Assembly (NCBI GenBank): GCA_964016885.1
Contig: OZ024750.1
Coordinates: forward strand, 42,780,001 to 42,844,000
Direction: 5' to 3'
DNA from: Eledone cirrhosa
Lineage: Eukaryota
Length of the DNA: 64,000 nucleotides
Under the pieces are notes generated by a model. The model saw only the letters and a program-made list of their open reading frames with translations, was not told where the DNA came from and did not search any database. Positions 12,121 to 24,400 of the stretch are shown here, piece by piece (the first letter of the stretch is position 1; the number at the start of each line of letters is the position of its first letter). A program made the translations under genes and the position numbers.

Positions 12121-12485
12121 TGTAGCGGTTGTCTCCCTTGTTTTGATTGGGATCTAGACGGGAGGTGGAACCCTTTCTGCGAATTCCGGTCAGAGCCCTA
12201 TAAAACTAACAACTTTAAGCTTCCTCTCTCTTTTTGCCTTTTCGGCACCAGGTCAAGAGTCTTCTCATTTGGCTCTGCCATTAATTTGGCAGAGGGCGCC
12301 TGGCCTTAGCCAGGCGCCCTCTGCCAGCCGCGTTTGCCTGGCAAACAAAACGGTAACTACTAACTTTGTTTCATTCTAACATCTATCTTTGACATGTCAA
12401 GTATTCTATCTACCGTTAATTAAGTATTATATACACAAACATTGTCTCGTTTTGTTACATTCATACACCCAGTATCCTCGCTATA
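12121..12485 (+). repeat. 3' LTR (LTR-A), 365 bp
   Basis: By manual alignment differs from the 5' LTR at 4 single substitutions plus one clustered change (CAACA vs AGAG). Confidence 0.93.
12287..12326. other. Perfect 18-bp GC-rich inverted repeat with 4-nt loop in the 3' LTR
   Basis: TGGCAGAGGGCGCCTGGC-CTTA-GCCAGGCGCCCTCTGCCA; only the inner 10 bp pair perfectly in the 5' LTR (9820-9860). Confidence 0.92.
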
Positions 12486-12489
12486 TCAT
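12486..12489 (+). other. Target site duplication TCAT, right copy
   Basis: Matches 9650-9653. Offsets to the empty paralogous site at 15881 (6231 and 3395) differ by 2836 = 2832 + 4. Confidence 0.85.
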
Positions 12490-15400
12490 CATCATTGTCA
12501 CTGTCACCAACACAGTTGTCATCATCATTGTCACTGTCACCACCACAGTTGTCATCATCATTGTCATTGTCACTACCACAGTTGTCATCATCATTGTCAT
12601 TGTCACCACCACAGTTGTCACCAACACAGTTGTCATCATCATTGTCAGTCACCACCACAGCTGTCACCATCACAGTTGTCATCATCATTGTCACTGTCAC
12701 CACCACAGTTGTCATCATCATTGTCACTGTCACCATCACAGTTGTCATCATCATTGTCACTGTCACCACCACAGTTGTCATCATCATTGTCATTGTCACC
12801 ACCACAGTTGTCATCATCATTGTCATTGTCACCACCACAGTTGTCATCATCATTGTCATTGTCACCACAACAGTTGTCATCATCATTGTCAGTCACCACC
12901 ACAGCTGTCATCATCATTGTCATTGTCACCACCACAGTTGTCATCATCATTGTCACTGTCACCACCACAGTTGTCATCATCATTGTCATTGTCACCACCA
13001 CAGTTGTCATCATCATTGTCATTGTCACCACCACAGTTGTCATCATCATTGTCATTGTCACCACCACAGTTGTCATCATCATTGTCACTGTCACCACCAC
13101 AGTTGTCATCATCATTGTCATTGTCACCACCACAGTTGTCACCACCACAGTTGTCATCATCATTGTCATTGTCACCACCACAGTTGTCATCATCATTGTC
13201 AGTCACCACCACAGCTGTCATCGTCATTGTCATTGTCACCACCACAGTTGTCATCATCATTGTCACTGTCACCACCACAGTTGTCATCATCATTGTCACT
13301 GTCACCACCACAGTTGTCATCATCATTGTCATTGTCACCACCACAGTTGTCATCATCATTGTCAGTCACCACCACAGCTGTCATCATCATTGTCATTGTC
13401 ACCACCACAGTTGTCATCATCATTGTCACTGTCACCACCACAGTTGTCATCATCATTGTCACTGTCACCACCACAGTTGTCATCATCATTGTCATTGTCA
13501 TCACCACAGTTGTCATCATCATTGTCATTGTCACCACCACAGTTGTCATCATCATTGTCACTGTCACCACCACAGTTGTCATCATCATTGTCATTGTCAC
13601 CACCACAGTTGTCATCATCATTGTCATTGTCACCACCACAGTTGTCATCATCATTGTCACTGTCACCACCACAGTTGTCATCATCATTGTCATTGTCACC
13701 ACCACAGTTGTCATCATCATTGTCATTGTCACCACCACAGTTGTCATCATCATTGTCACTGTCACCACCACAGTTGTCATCATCATTGTCATTGTCACCA
13801 CCACAGTTGTCATCGTCATTGTCATTGTCACCACCACAGTTGTCATCATCATTGTCACTGTCACCACCACAGTTGTCATCATCATTGTCATTGTCATCAC
13901 CACAGTTGTCATCATCATTGTCATTGTCACCACCACAGTTGTCACCATCATTGTCACTGTCACCACCACAGTTGTCATCATCATTGTCACTGTCACCACC
14001 ACAGTTGTCATCATCATTGTCATTGTCACCACCACAGTTGTCATCATCATTGTCACTGTCACCACCACAGTTGTCATCATCATTGTCACTGTCACCACCA
14101 CAGTTGTCATCATCATTGTCATTGTCACCACCACAGTTGTCATCATCATTGTCATTGTCACCACCACAGTTGTCATCGTCATTGTCACTGTCACCACCAC
14201 AGTTGTCATCATCATTGTCACTGTCACCACCACAGTTGTCATCATCATTGTAATTGTCACCACCACAGTTGTCATCGTCATTGTCACTGTCACCACCACA
14301 GTTGTCATCATCATTGTAATTGTCACCACCACAGTTGTCATCGTCATTGTCACTGTCACCACCACAGTTGTCATCATCATTGTCATTGTCACCACCACAG
14401 TTTTCATCTCTGTTGTCACTGTCACCACCACAGTTGTCATCATCATTGTCACTGTCACCACCACAGTTGTCATCATCATTGTCACTGTCACCACCACAGT
14501 TGTCATCATCATTGTCATTGTCACCACCACAGTTGTCATCGTCATTGTCACTGTCACCACCACAGTTGTCATCATCATTGTCACTGTCACCACCACAGTT
14601 GTCATCATCATTGTCACTGTCACCACCACAGTTGTCATCGTCATTGTCACTGTCACCACCACAGTTGTCATCGTCATTGTCACTGTCACCACCACAGTTG
14701 TCATCATCATTGTCACTGTCACCACCACAGTTGTCATCGTCATTGTCACTGTCACCACCACAGTTGTCATCATCATTGTCACTGTCACCACCACAGTTGT
14801 CATCGTCATTGTCACTGTCACCACCACAGTTGTCATCATCATTGTCATTGTCACCAACACAGTTGTCATCATCATTGTCATTGTCAACACCACAGTTGTC
14901 ATCATCATTGTCATTGTCATCACCACAGTTGTCATCATCATTGTCACTGTCACCACAACAGTTGTCATCATCATTGTCATTGTCATCACCACAGTTGTCA
15001 TCATCATTGTCATTGTCACCACCACAGTTGTCACCATCATTGTCATTGTCACCACCACAGTTGTCACCATCATTGTCATTGTCACCACCACAGTTGTCAC
15101 CATCATTGTCATTGTCACCACCACAGTTGTCACCATCATTGTCATTGTCACCACCACAGTTGTCATCATCATTGTCATTGTCACCACCACAGTTGTCACC
15201 ATCATTGTCATTGTCATCACCACAGTTGTCATCATCATTGTCACTGTCACCACCACAGTTGTCATCATCATTGTCACTGTCACCACCACAGTTGTCATCA
15301 TCATTGTCATTGTCACCACCACAGTTGTCATCATCATTGTCATCACAACAGTTGTCATCATCATTGTCATTGTCACCACCACAGTTGTCACCATCATTGT

Positions 15401-18400
15401 CATTGTCACCACCACAGTTGTCATCGTCATTGTCATTGTCATCACCACAGTTGTCATCATCATTGTCACTGTCACCACCACAGTTGTCATCATCATTGTC
15501 ATTGTCATCACCACAGTTGTCATCATCATTGTCATTGTCACCACCACAGTTGTCACCATCATTGTCATTGTCACCACCACAGCTGTCATCATCATTGTCA
15601 TTGTCACCACCACAGTTGTCATCGTCATTGTCATTGTCATCACCACAGTTGTCATCATCATTGTCATTGTCATCACAACAGTTGTCATCATCATTGTCAT
15701 TGTCATCACCACAGTTGTCATCATCATTGTCATTGTCACCACCACAGTTGTCATCATCATTGTCATTGTCATCACCACAGTTGTCATCATCATTGTCATT
15801 GTCATCACCACAGTTGTCATCATCATTGTCAGTCACCAACACAGTTGTCATCATCATTGTCATTGTCACCACCACAGTTGTCATCATCATTGTCACTGTC
15901 ACCAACACAGTTGTCATCATCATTGTCACTGTCACCACCACAGTTGTCATCATCATTGTCATTGTCACTACCACAGTTGTCATCATCATTGTCATTGTCA
16001 CCACCACAGTTGTCACCAACACAGTTGTCATCATCATTGTCAGTCACCACCACAGCTGTCACCATCACAGTTGTCATCATCATTGTCACTGTCACCACCA
16101 CAGTTGTCATCATCATTGTCACTGTCACCATCACAGTTGTCATCATCATTGTCACTGTCACCACCACAGTTGTCATCATCATTGTCATTGTCACCACCAC
16201 AGTTGTCATCATCATTGTCATTGTCACCACCACAGTTGTCATCATCATTGTCATTGTCACCACCACAGTTGTCATCATCATTGTCATTGTCACCACCACA
16301 GTTGTCACCAACACAGTTGTCATCATCATTGTCAGTCACCACCACAGCTGTCACCATCACAGTTGTCATCATCATTGTCACTGTCACCACCACAGTTGTC
16401 ATCATCATTGTCACTGTCACCACCACAGTTGTCATCATCATTGTCACTGTCACCACCACAGTTGTCATCATCATTGTCATTGTCACCACCACAGTTGTCA
16501 TCATCATTGTCATTGTCACCACCACAGTTGTCATCATCATTGTCATTGTCACCACCACAGTTGTCATCATCATTGTCACTGTCACCACCACTGTTGTCAC
16601 CACCACAGTTGTCATCATCATTGTCATTGTCACCACCACAGTTGTCATCATCATTGTCATTGTCACCACCACTGTTGTCACCACCACAGTTGTCATCATC
16701 ATTGTCATTGTCACCACCACAGTTGTCATCATCATTGTCAGTCACCACCACAGCTGTCATCATCATTGTCATTGTCACCACCACAGTTGTCATCATCATT
16801 GTCACTGTCACCATCACAGTTGTCATCATCATTGTCATTGTCACCACCACAGTTGTCATCATCATTGTCATTGTCACCACCACAGTTGTCATCATCATTG
16901 CCACTGTCACCACCACAGTTGTCATCATCATTGTCACTGTCACCACCACAGTTGTCATCATCATTGTCAGTGTCACCATCACAGTTGTCATCATCATTGT
17001 CATTGTCACCACCACAGTTGTCATCATCATTGTCATTGTCACCACCACAGTTGTCATCATCATTGTCACTGTCACCACCACAGTTGTCATCATCATTGTC
17101 ACTGTCACCATCACAGTTGTCATCATCATTGTCATTGTCACCACCACAGTTGTCATCATCATTGTCACTGTCACCACCACAGTTGTCATCATCATTGTCA
17201 TTGTCACCACCACAGTTGTCATCATCATTGTCATTGTCACCACCACAGTTGTCATCATCATTGTCATTGTCACCACCACAGTTGTCATCATCATTGTCAT
17301 TGTCATCACCACAGTTGTCATCATCATTGTCACTGTCACCACCACAGTTGTCATCATCATTGTCATTGTCACCACCACAGTTGTCATCATCATTGTCATT
17401 GTCACCACCACAGTCGTCATCATCATTGTCATTGTCACCACCACAGTTGTCATCATCATTGCCATTGTCACCACCACAGTTGTCATCATCATTGTCATTG
17501 TCACCACCACAGTTGTCATCTCTGTTGTCACTGTCACCACCACAGTTGTCATCATCATTGTCACTGTCACCAACACAGTTGTCATCATCATTGTCATTGT
17601 CACCACCACAGTTGTCATCTCTGTTGTCACTGTCACCACCACAGTTGTCATCATCATTGTCATTGTCACCACCACAGTTGTCATCATCATTATCACTGTC
17701 ACCACCACAGTTGTCATCATCATTGTTATTGTCACCACCGCAGTTGTCACCATCATTGTCATTGTCACCACCACAGTTGTCATCATCATTGTCATTGTCA
17801 CCAACACAGTTGTCATCATCATTGTCATTGTCATCACCACAGTTGTCATCATCATTGTCACTGTCACCACCACAGTTGTCATCATCATTGTCATTGTCAC
17901 CACCACAGTTGTCATCATCATTGTCATTGTCACCACCACAGTTGTCATCTCTGTTGTCACTGTCACCACCACAGTTGTCATCATCATTGTCATTGTCACC
18001 ACCACAGTTGTCATCATCATTATCACTGTAACCACCACAGTTGTCATCATCATTGTCATTGTCACCAACACAGTTGTCACCATCATTGTCATTGTCACCA
18101 CCACAGTTGTCATCATCATTGTCATTGTCACCAACACAGTTGTCATCATCATTGTCATTGTCATCACCACAGTTGTCATCATCATTGTCACTGGCACCAC
18201 CACAGTTGTCATCATCATTGTCATTGTCACCACCACAGTTGTCATCATCATTGTCATTGTCACCACCACAGTTGTCATCATCATTGTCATTGTCACCAAC
18301 ACAGTTGTCACCATCATTGTCATTGTCACCACCACAGTTGTCATCATCATTGTCATTGTCACCAACACAGTTGTCATCATCATTGTCATTGTCATCACCA

Positions 18401-21400
18401 CAGTTGTCATCATCATTGTCACTGGCACCACCACAGTTGTCATCATCATTGTCATTGTCACCACCACAGTTGTCATCATCATTGTCATTGTCACCACCAC
18501 AGTTGTCATCATCATTGTCATTGTCACCAACACAGTTGTCATCATCATTGTCATTGTCATCACCACAGTTGTCATCATCATTGTCACTGGCACCACCACA
18601 GTTGTCATCATCATTGTCATTGTCACCACCACAGTTGTCATCGTCATTGTCATTGTCACCACCACAGTTGTCATCACTGTTGTCATTGTCACCACCACAG
18701 TTGTCATCATCATTGTCATTGTCACCACCACGGTTGTCATCACTGTTGTCATTGTCACCACCACAGTTGTCATCGTCATTGTCATTGTCACCACCACAGT
18801 TGTCATCACTGTTGTCATTGTCACCACCACAGTTGTCATCATCATCGTCATTGTCACCACCACAATTGTCATCACTGTTGTCATTGTCACCACCACAGTT
18901 GTCATCATCATTGTCATTGTCATCACCACAGTTGTCACCACCACAGTTGTCATCATCATCGTCATTGTCACCACCACAGTTGTCATCATCATTGTCATTG
19001 TCACCAACACAGTTGTCATCACTGTTGTCATTGTCACCACCACAGTTGTCATCATCATTGTCATTGTCACCACCACAGTTGTCATCATCATTGTCACTGT
19101 CACCACCACAGTTGTCATCATCATTGTCACTGTCACCACCACAGTTGTCATCTCTGTTGTCACTGTCACCACCACAGTTGTCATCACCACAGTTGTCATC
19201 ATCATCGTCATTGTCACCAACACAGTTGTCATCACTGTTGTCATTGTCACCACCACAGTTGTCACCATCATTGTCACTGTCACCAACACAGTTGTCATCA
19301 TCATTGTCATTGTCACCACCACAGCTGTCATCATCATTGTCATTGTCACCACCACAGTTGTCATCATCATTGTCACTGTCACCACCACAGTTGTCATCAT
19401 CATTGTCACTGTCACCACCACAGTTGTCATCTCTGTTGTCACTGTCATCACCACAGTTGTCATCATCATTGTCATTGTCACCACCACAGTTGTCATCATC
19501 ATCGTCATTGTCACCAACACAGTTGTCACCATCATTGTCATTGTCACCACCACAGTTGTCACCACCACAGTTGTCATCATCATCGTCATTGTCACCACCA
19601 CAGTTGTCATCATCATCGTCATTGTCACCACCACAGTTGTCATCATCATTGTCATTGTCACCACCACAGTTGTCATGATCATTGTCATTGTCACCACCAC
19701 AGTTGTCATCATCATCGTCATTGTCACCACCACAGTTGTCATCATCATTGTCATTGTCACCACCACAGTTGTCATCATCATTGTCACTGTCACCACCACA
19801 GTTGTCATCATCATTGTCACTGTCACCACCACAGTTGTCATCATCATTGTCACTGTCACCACCACAGTTGTCATCATCATCATCATTGTCACCACCACAG
19901 TTGTCATCATCATTGTCATTGTCACCACCACAGTTGTCATGATCATTGTCATTGTCATCACCACAGTTGTCATCATCATTGTCATTGTCACCACCACAGT
20001 TGTCATCATCATTGTCACTGTCATCACCACAGTTGTCATCATCATTGTCACTGTCACCACCACAGTTGTCATCATCATTGTCATTGTCACCACCACAGTT
20101 GTCATCATCATTGTCATTGTCACCACCACAGTTGTCATCATCATTGTCACTGTCACCACCACAGTTGTCATCATCATTGTCACTGTCACCACCACAGTTG
20201 TCATCATCATTGTCATTGTCACCACCACAGTTGTCACCATCATTGTCATTGTCACCACCACAGTTGTCATCATCATCGTCATTGTCACCACCACAGTTGT
20301 CATCATCATTGTCACTGTCACCACCACAGTTGTCACCACCACAGTTGTCATCACTTTTGTCATTGTCACCACCACAGTTGTCATCATCATTGTCATTGTC
20401 ACCAACACAGTTGTCATCATCATCGTCATTGTCACCACCACAGTTGTCATCATCATTGTCATTGTCACCAACACGGTTGTCATCATCATTGTCATTGTCA
20501 CCACCACAGTTGTCACCACCACAGTTGTCATCATCATTGTCATTGTCATCACCACAGTTGTCATCATCATTGTCATTGTCACCAACACGGTTGTCATCAT
20601 CATTGTCATTGTCACCACCACAGTTGTCATCATCATTGTCATTGTCACCACCACAGTTATCATCATCATTGTCATTGTCACCACCACAGTTGTCATCATC
20701 ATTGTCACTGTCAGCACCACAGTTGTCATCATCATTGTCATTGTCAGCACCACAGTTGTCATCATCATTGTCATTGTCACCACCACAGTTGTCATCATCA
20801 TTGTCATTGTCACCACCACAGTTGTCATCATCATTGTCATTGTCACCACCACAGTTGTCATCATCATTATCATTGTCACCACCACAGTTGTCATCATCAT
20901 TGTCACTGTCACCACCACAGTTGTCATCATCATTGTCATTGTCACCACCACAGTTGTCATCATCATTGTCATTGTCACCACCACAGTTGTCATCATCATT
21001 GTCATTGTCACCACCACAGTTGTCATCATCATTGTCATTGTCACCACCACAGTTGTCATCATCATTGTCATTGTCACCAACACAGTTGTCATCATCATTG
21101 TCACTGTCACCACCACAGTTGTCATCATCATTGTCATTGTCACCACCACAGTTGTCATCATCATTGTCACTGTCACCACCACAGTTGTCATCATCATTGT
21201 CACTGTCACCAGCACAGTTGTCATCATCATTGTCACTGTCACCACCACAGTTGTCATCATCATCGTCATTGTCACCACCACAGTTGTCATCATCATCGTC
21301 ATTGTCACCACCACAGTTGTCATGATCATTGTCATTGTCATCACCACAGTTGTCATCATCATTGTCATTGTCACCACCACAGTTGTCATCATCATTGTCA

Positions 21401-24400
21401 CTGTCATCACCACAGTTGTCATCATCATTGTCACTGTCACCACCACAGTTGTCATCATCATTGTCATTGTCACCACCACAGTTGTCATCATCATTGTCAT
21501 TGTCACCACCACAGTTGTCATCATCATTGTCATTGTCACCACCACAGTTGTCATCATCATTGTCACTGTCACCACCACAGTTGTCATCATCATTGTCATT
21601 GTCACCACCACAGTTGTCACCATCATTGTCATTGTCACCACCACAGTTGTCATCATCATCGTCATTGTCACCACCACAGTTGTCATCATCATTGTCACTG
21701 TCACCACCACAGTTGTCACCACCACAGTTGTCATCACTTTTGTCATTGTCACCACCACAGTTGTCATCATCATTGTCATTGTCACCAACACAGTTGTCAT
21801 CATCATTGTCACTGTCACCACCACAGTTGTCATCATCATCGTCATTGTCACCACCACAGTTGTCATCATCATTGTCATTGTCACCAACACAGTTGTCATC
21901 ATCATTGTCATTGTCACCACCACAGTTGTCACCACCACAGTTGTCATCATCATTGTCATTGTCATCACCACAGTTGTCATCATCATTGTCATTGTCACCA
22001 ACACAGTTGTCATCATCATTGTCATTGTCACCACCACAGTTGTCATCATCATTGTCATTGTCACCACCACAGTTATCATCATCATTGTCATTGTCACCAC
22101 CACAGTTGTCATCATCATTGTCACTGTCAGCACCACAGTTGTCATCATCATTGTCATTGTCACCACCACAGTTGTCATCATCATTGTCATTGTCACCACC
22201 ACAGTTGTCATCATCATTGTCATTGTCACCACCACAGTTGTCATCATCATTGTCATTGTCACCACCACAGTTGTCATCATCATTGTCATTGTCACCACCA
22301 CAGTTGTCATCATCATTGTCACTGTCACCACCACAGTTGTCATCATCATTGTCATTGTCACCACCACAGTTGTCATCATCATTGTCATTGTCACCACCAC
22401 AGTTGTCATCATCATTGTCATTGTCACCACCACAGTTGTCATCATCATTGTCATTTTCACCAACACAGTTGTCATCATCATTGTCACTGTCACCACCACA
22501 GTTATCATCGTCATTGTCACCACCACAGTTGTCATCATCATTGTCATTGTCACCACCACAGTTGTCATCATCATTGTCATTGTCACCACCACAGTTGTCA
22601 TCATCATTGTCATTGTCACCACCACAGTTGTCATCATCATTGTCATTGTCACCACCACAGTTGTCATCATCATTGTCATTGTCACCAACACAGTTGTCAT
22701 CATCATTGTCATTGTCACCACCACAGTTGTCATCATCATTGTCATTGTCACCACCACAGTTGTCATCATCATTGTCATTGTCACCACCACAGTTGTCATC
22801 ATCATTGTCATTGTCACCAACACAGTTGTCATCATCATTGTCATTGTCACCACCACAGTTGTCATCATCATTGTCATTGTCACCACCACAGTTGTCATCA
22901 TCATTGTCATTGTCACCAACACAGTTGTCATCATCATTGTCACTGTCACCACCACAGTTATCATCGTCATTGTCACCACCACAGTTGTCATCTTCATTGT
23001 CACTGTCACCACCACAGTTGTCATCATCATTGTCATTGTCACCACCACAGTTGTCATCATCATTGTCATTGTCATCACCACAGTTGTCATCATCATTGTC
23101 ACTGTCTCCAACAGAGTTGTCATCATCATTGTCACTGTCACCAACACAGTTGTCATCATCATTGTCACTGTCACCACCACAGTTGTCATCATCATTGTCA
23201 TTGTCACCACCACAGTTGTCATCATCATTGTCATTGTCATCACCACAGTTGTCATCATCATTGTCACTGTCACCACCACAGTTGTCATCATCATTGTCAT
23301 TGTCACCACCACAGTTGTCATCATCATTGTCATTGTCACCACCACAGTTGTCATCATCATTGTCATTGTCACCACCACAGTTGTCATCATCATTGTCATT
23401 GTCACCACCACAGTTGTCATCATCATTGTCATTGTCACCACCACAGTTGTCATCATCATTGTCATTGTCACCACCACAGTTGTCATCATCATTATCACTG
23501 TCACCACCACAGTTGTCATCATCATTGTCATTGTCACCACCACAGTTGTCATCATCATTGTCACTGTCATCACCACAGTTGTCATCATCATTGTCACTGT
23601 CACCACCACAGTTGTCCTCATCATTGTCATTGTCATCACCACAGTTGTCATCATCATTGTCATTGTCACCACCACAGTTGTCACCATCATTGTCATTGTC
23701 ACCACCACAGTTGTCATCATCATTGTCATTGTCACCACCACAGTTGTCATCATCATTTTCATTGTCATCACCACAGTTGTCATCATCATTGTCACTGTCA
23801 CCACCACAGTTGTCATCATCATTGTCATTGTCACCACCACAGTTGTCACCATCATTGTCATTGTCACCACCACAGCTGTCATCATCATTGTCATTGTCAC
23901 CACCACAGTTGTCATCGTCATTGTCATTGTCATCACCACAGTTGTCATCATCATTGTCATTGTCATCACCACAGTTGTCATCATCATTGTCATTGTCATC
24001 ACCACAGTTGTCATCATCATTGTCATTGTCACCACCACAGTTGTCACCATCATTGTCATTGTCACCACGACAGTTGTCACCACCACAGCTGTCATCATCA
24101 TTGTCATTGTCACCACCACAGCTGTCATCATCATTGTCATTGTCACCACCACAGTTGTCATCATCATTGTCATTGTCACTACCACAGTTGTCATCATCAT
24201 CTTCACTGTCAGCACCACAGTTGTCATCATCATTGTCATTGTCACTACCACAGTTGTCATCATCATTTTCATTGTCACCACCACAGTTGTCATCTTCATT
24301 GTCACTGTCACCACCACAGTTGTTATCATCATTGTCATTGTCACCACCACAGTTGTCATCATCATTGTCATTGTCATCACCACAGTTGTCATCATCATTG

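Larger units (their letters stand above)
9654..12485 (+). mobile_element. Non-autonomous LTR retrotransposon (TRIM/LARD-like), 2,832 bp, probably Ty3/Gypsy-derived, with a third internal LTR
   Basis: Near-identical ~365-bp terminal direct repeats starting TGTAGCG and ending CGCTATA. tRNA-Trp PBS directly after the left LTR, G-rich PPT-like tract directly before the right LTR, TCAT duplicated on both sides. No recognisable gag/pol ORF. Confidence 0.93.

Noticed and set aside
10183-12157. Short ORFs (65-150 aa) inside the element as gag/pol or accessory genes
   Set aside because: No zinc knuckle, protease, YxDD or DDE motifs; they run through (AT)n and A-runs, and the duplicated copies are frameshifted relative to each other.
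9654-12485. DIRS/tyrosine-recombinase element or DNA transposon
   Set aside because: Direct LTRs with PBS, PPT and a TSD fit integrase-type LTR elements; no long terminal inverted repeats or internal complementary region seen.
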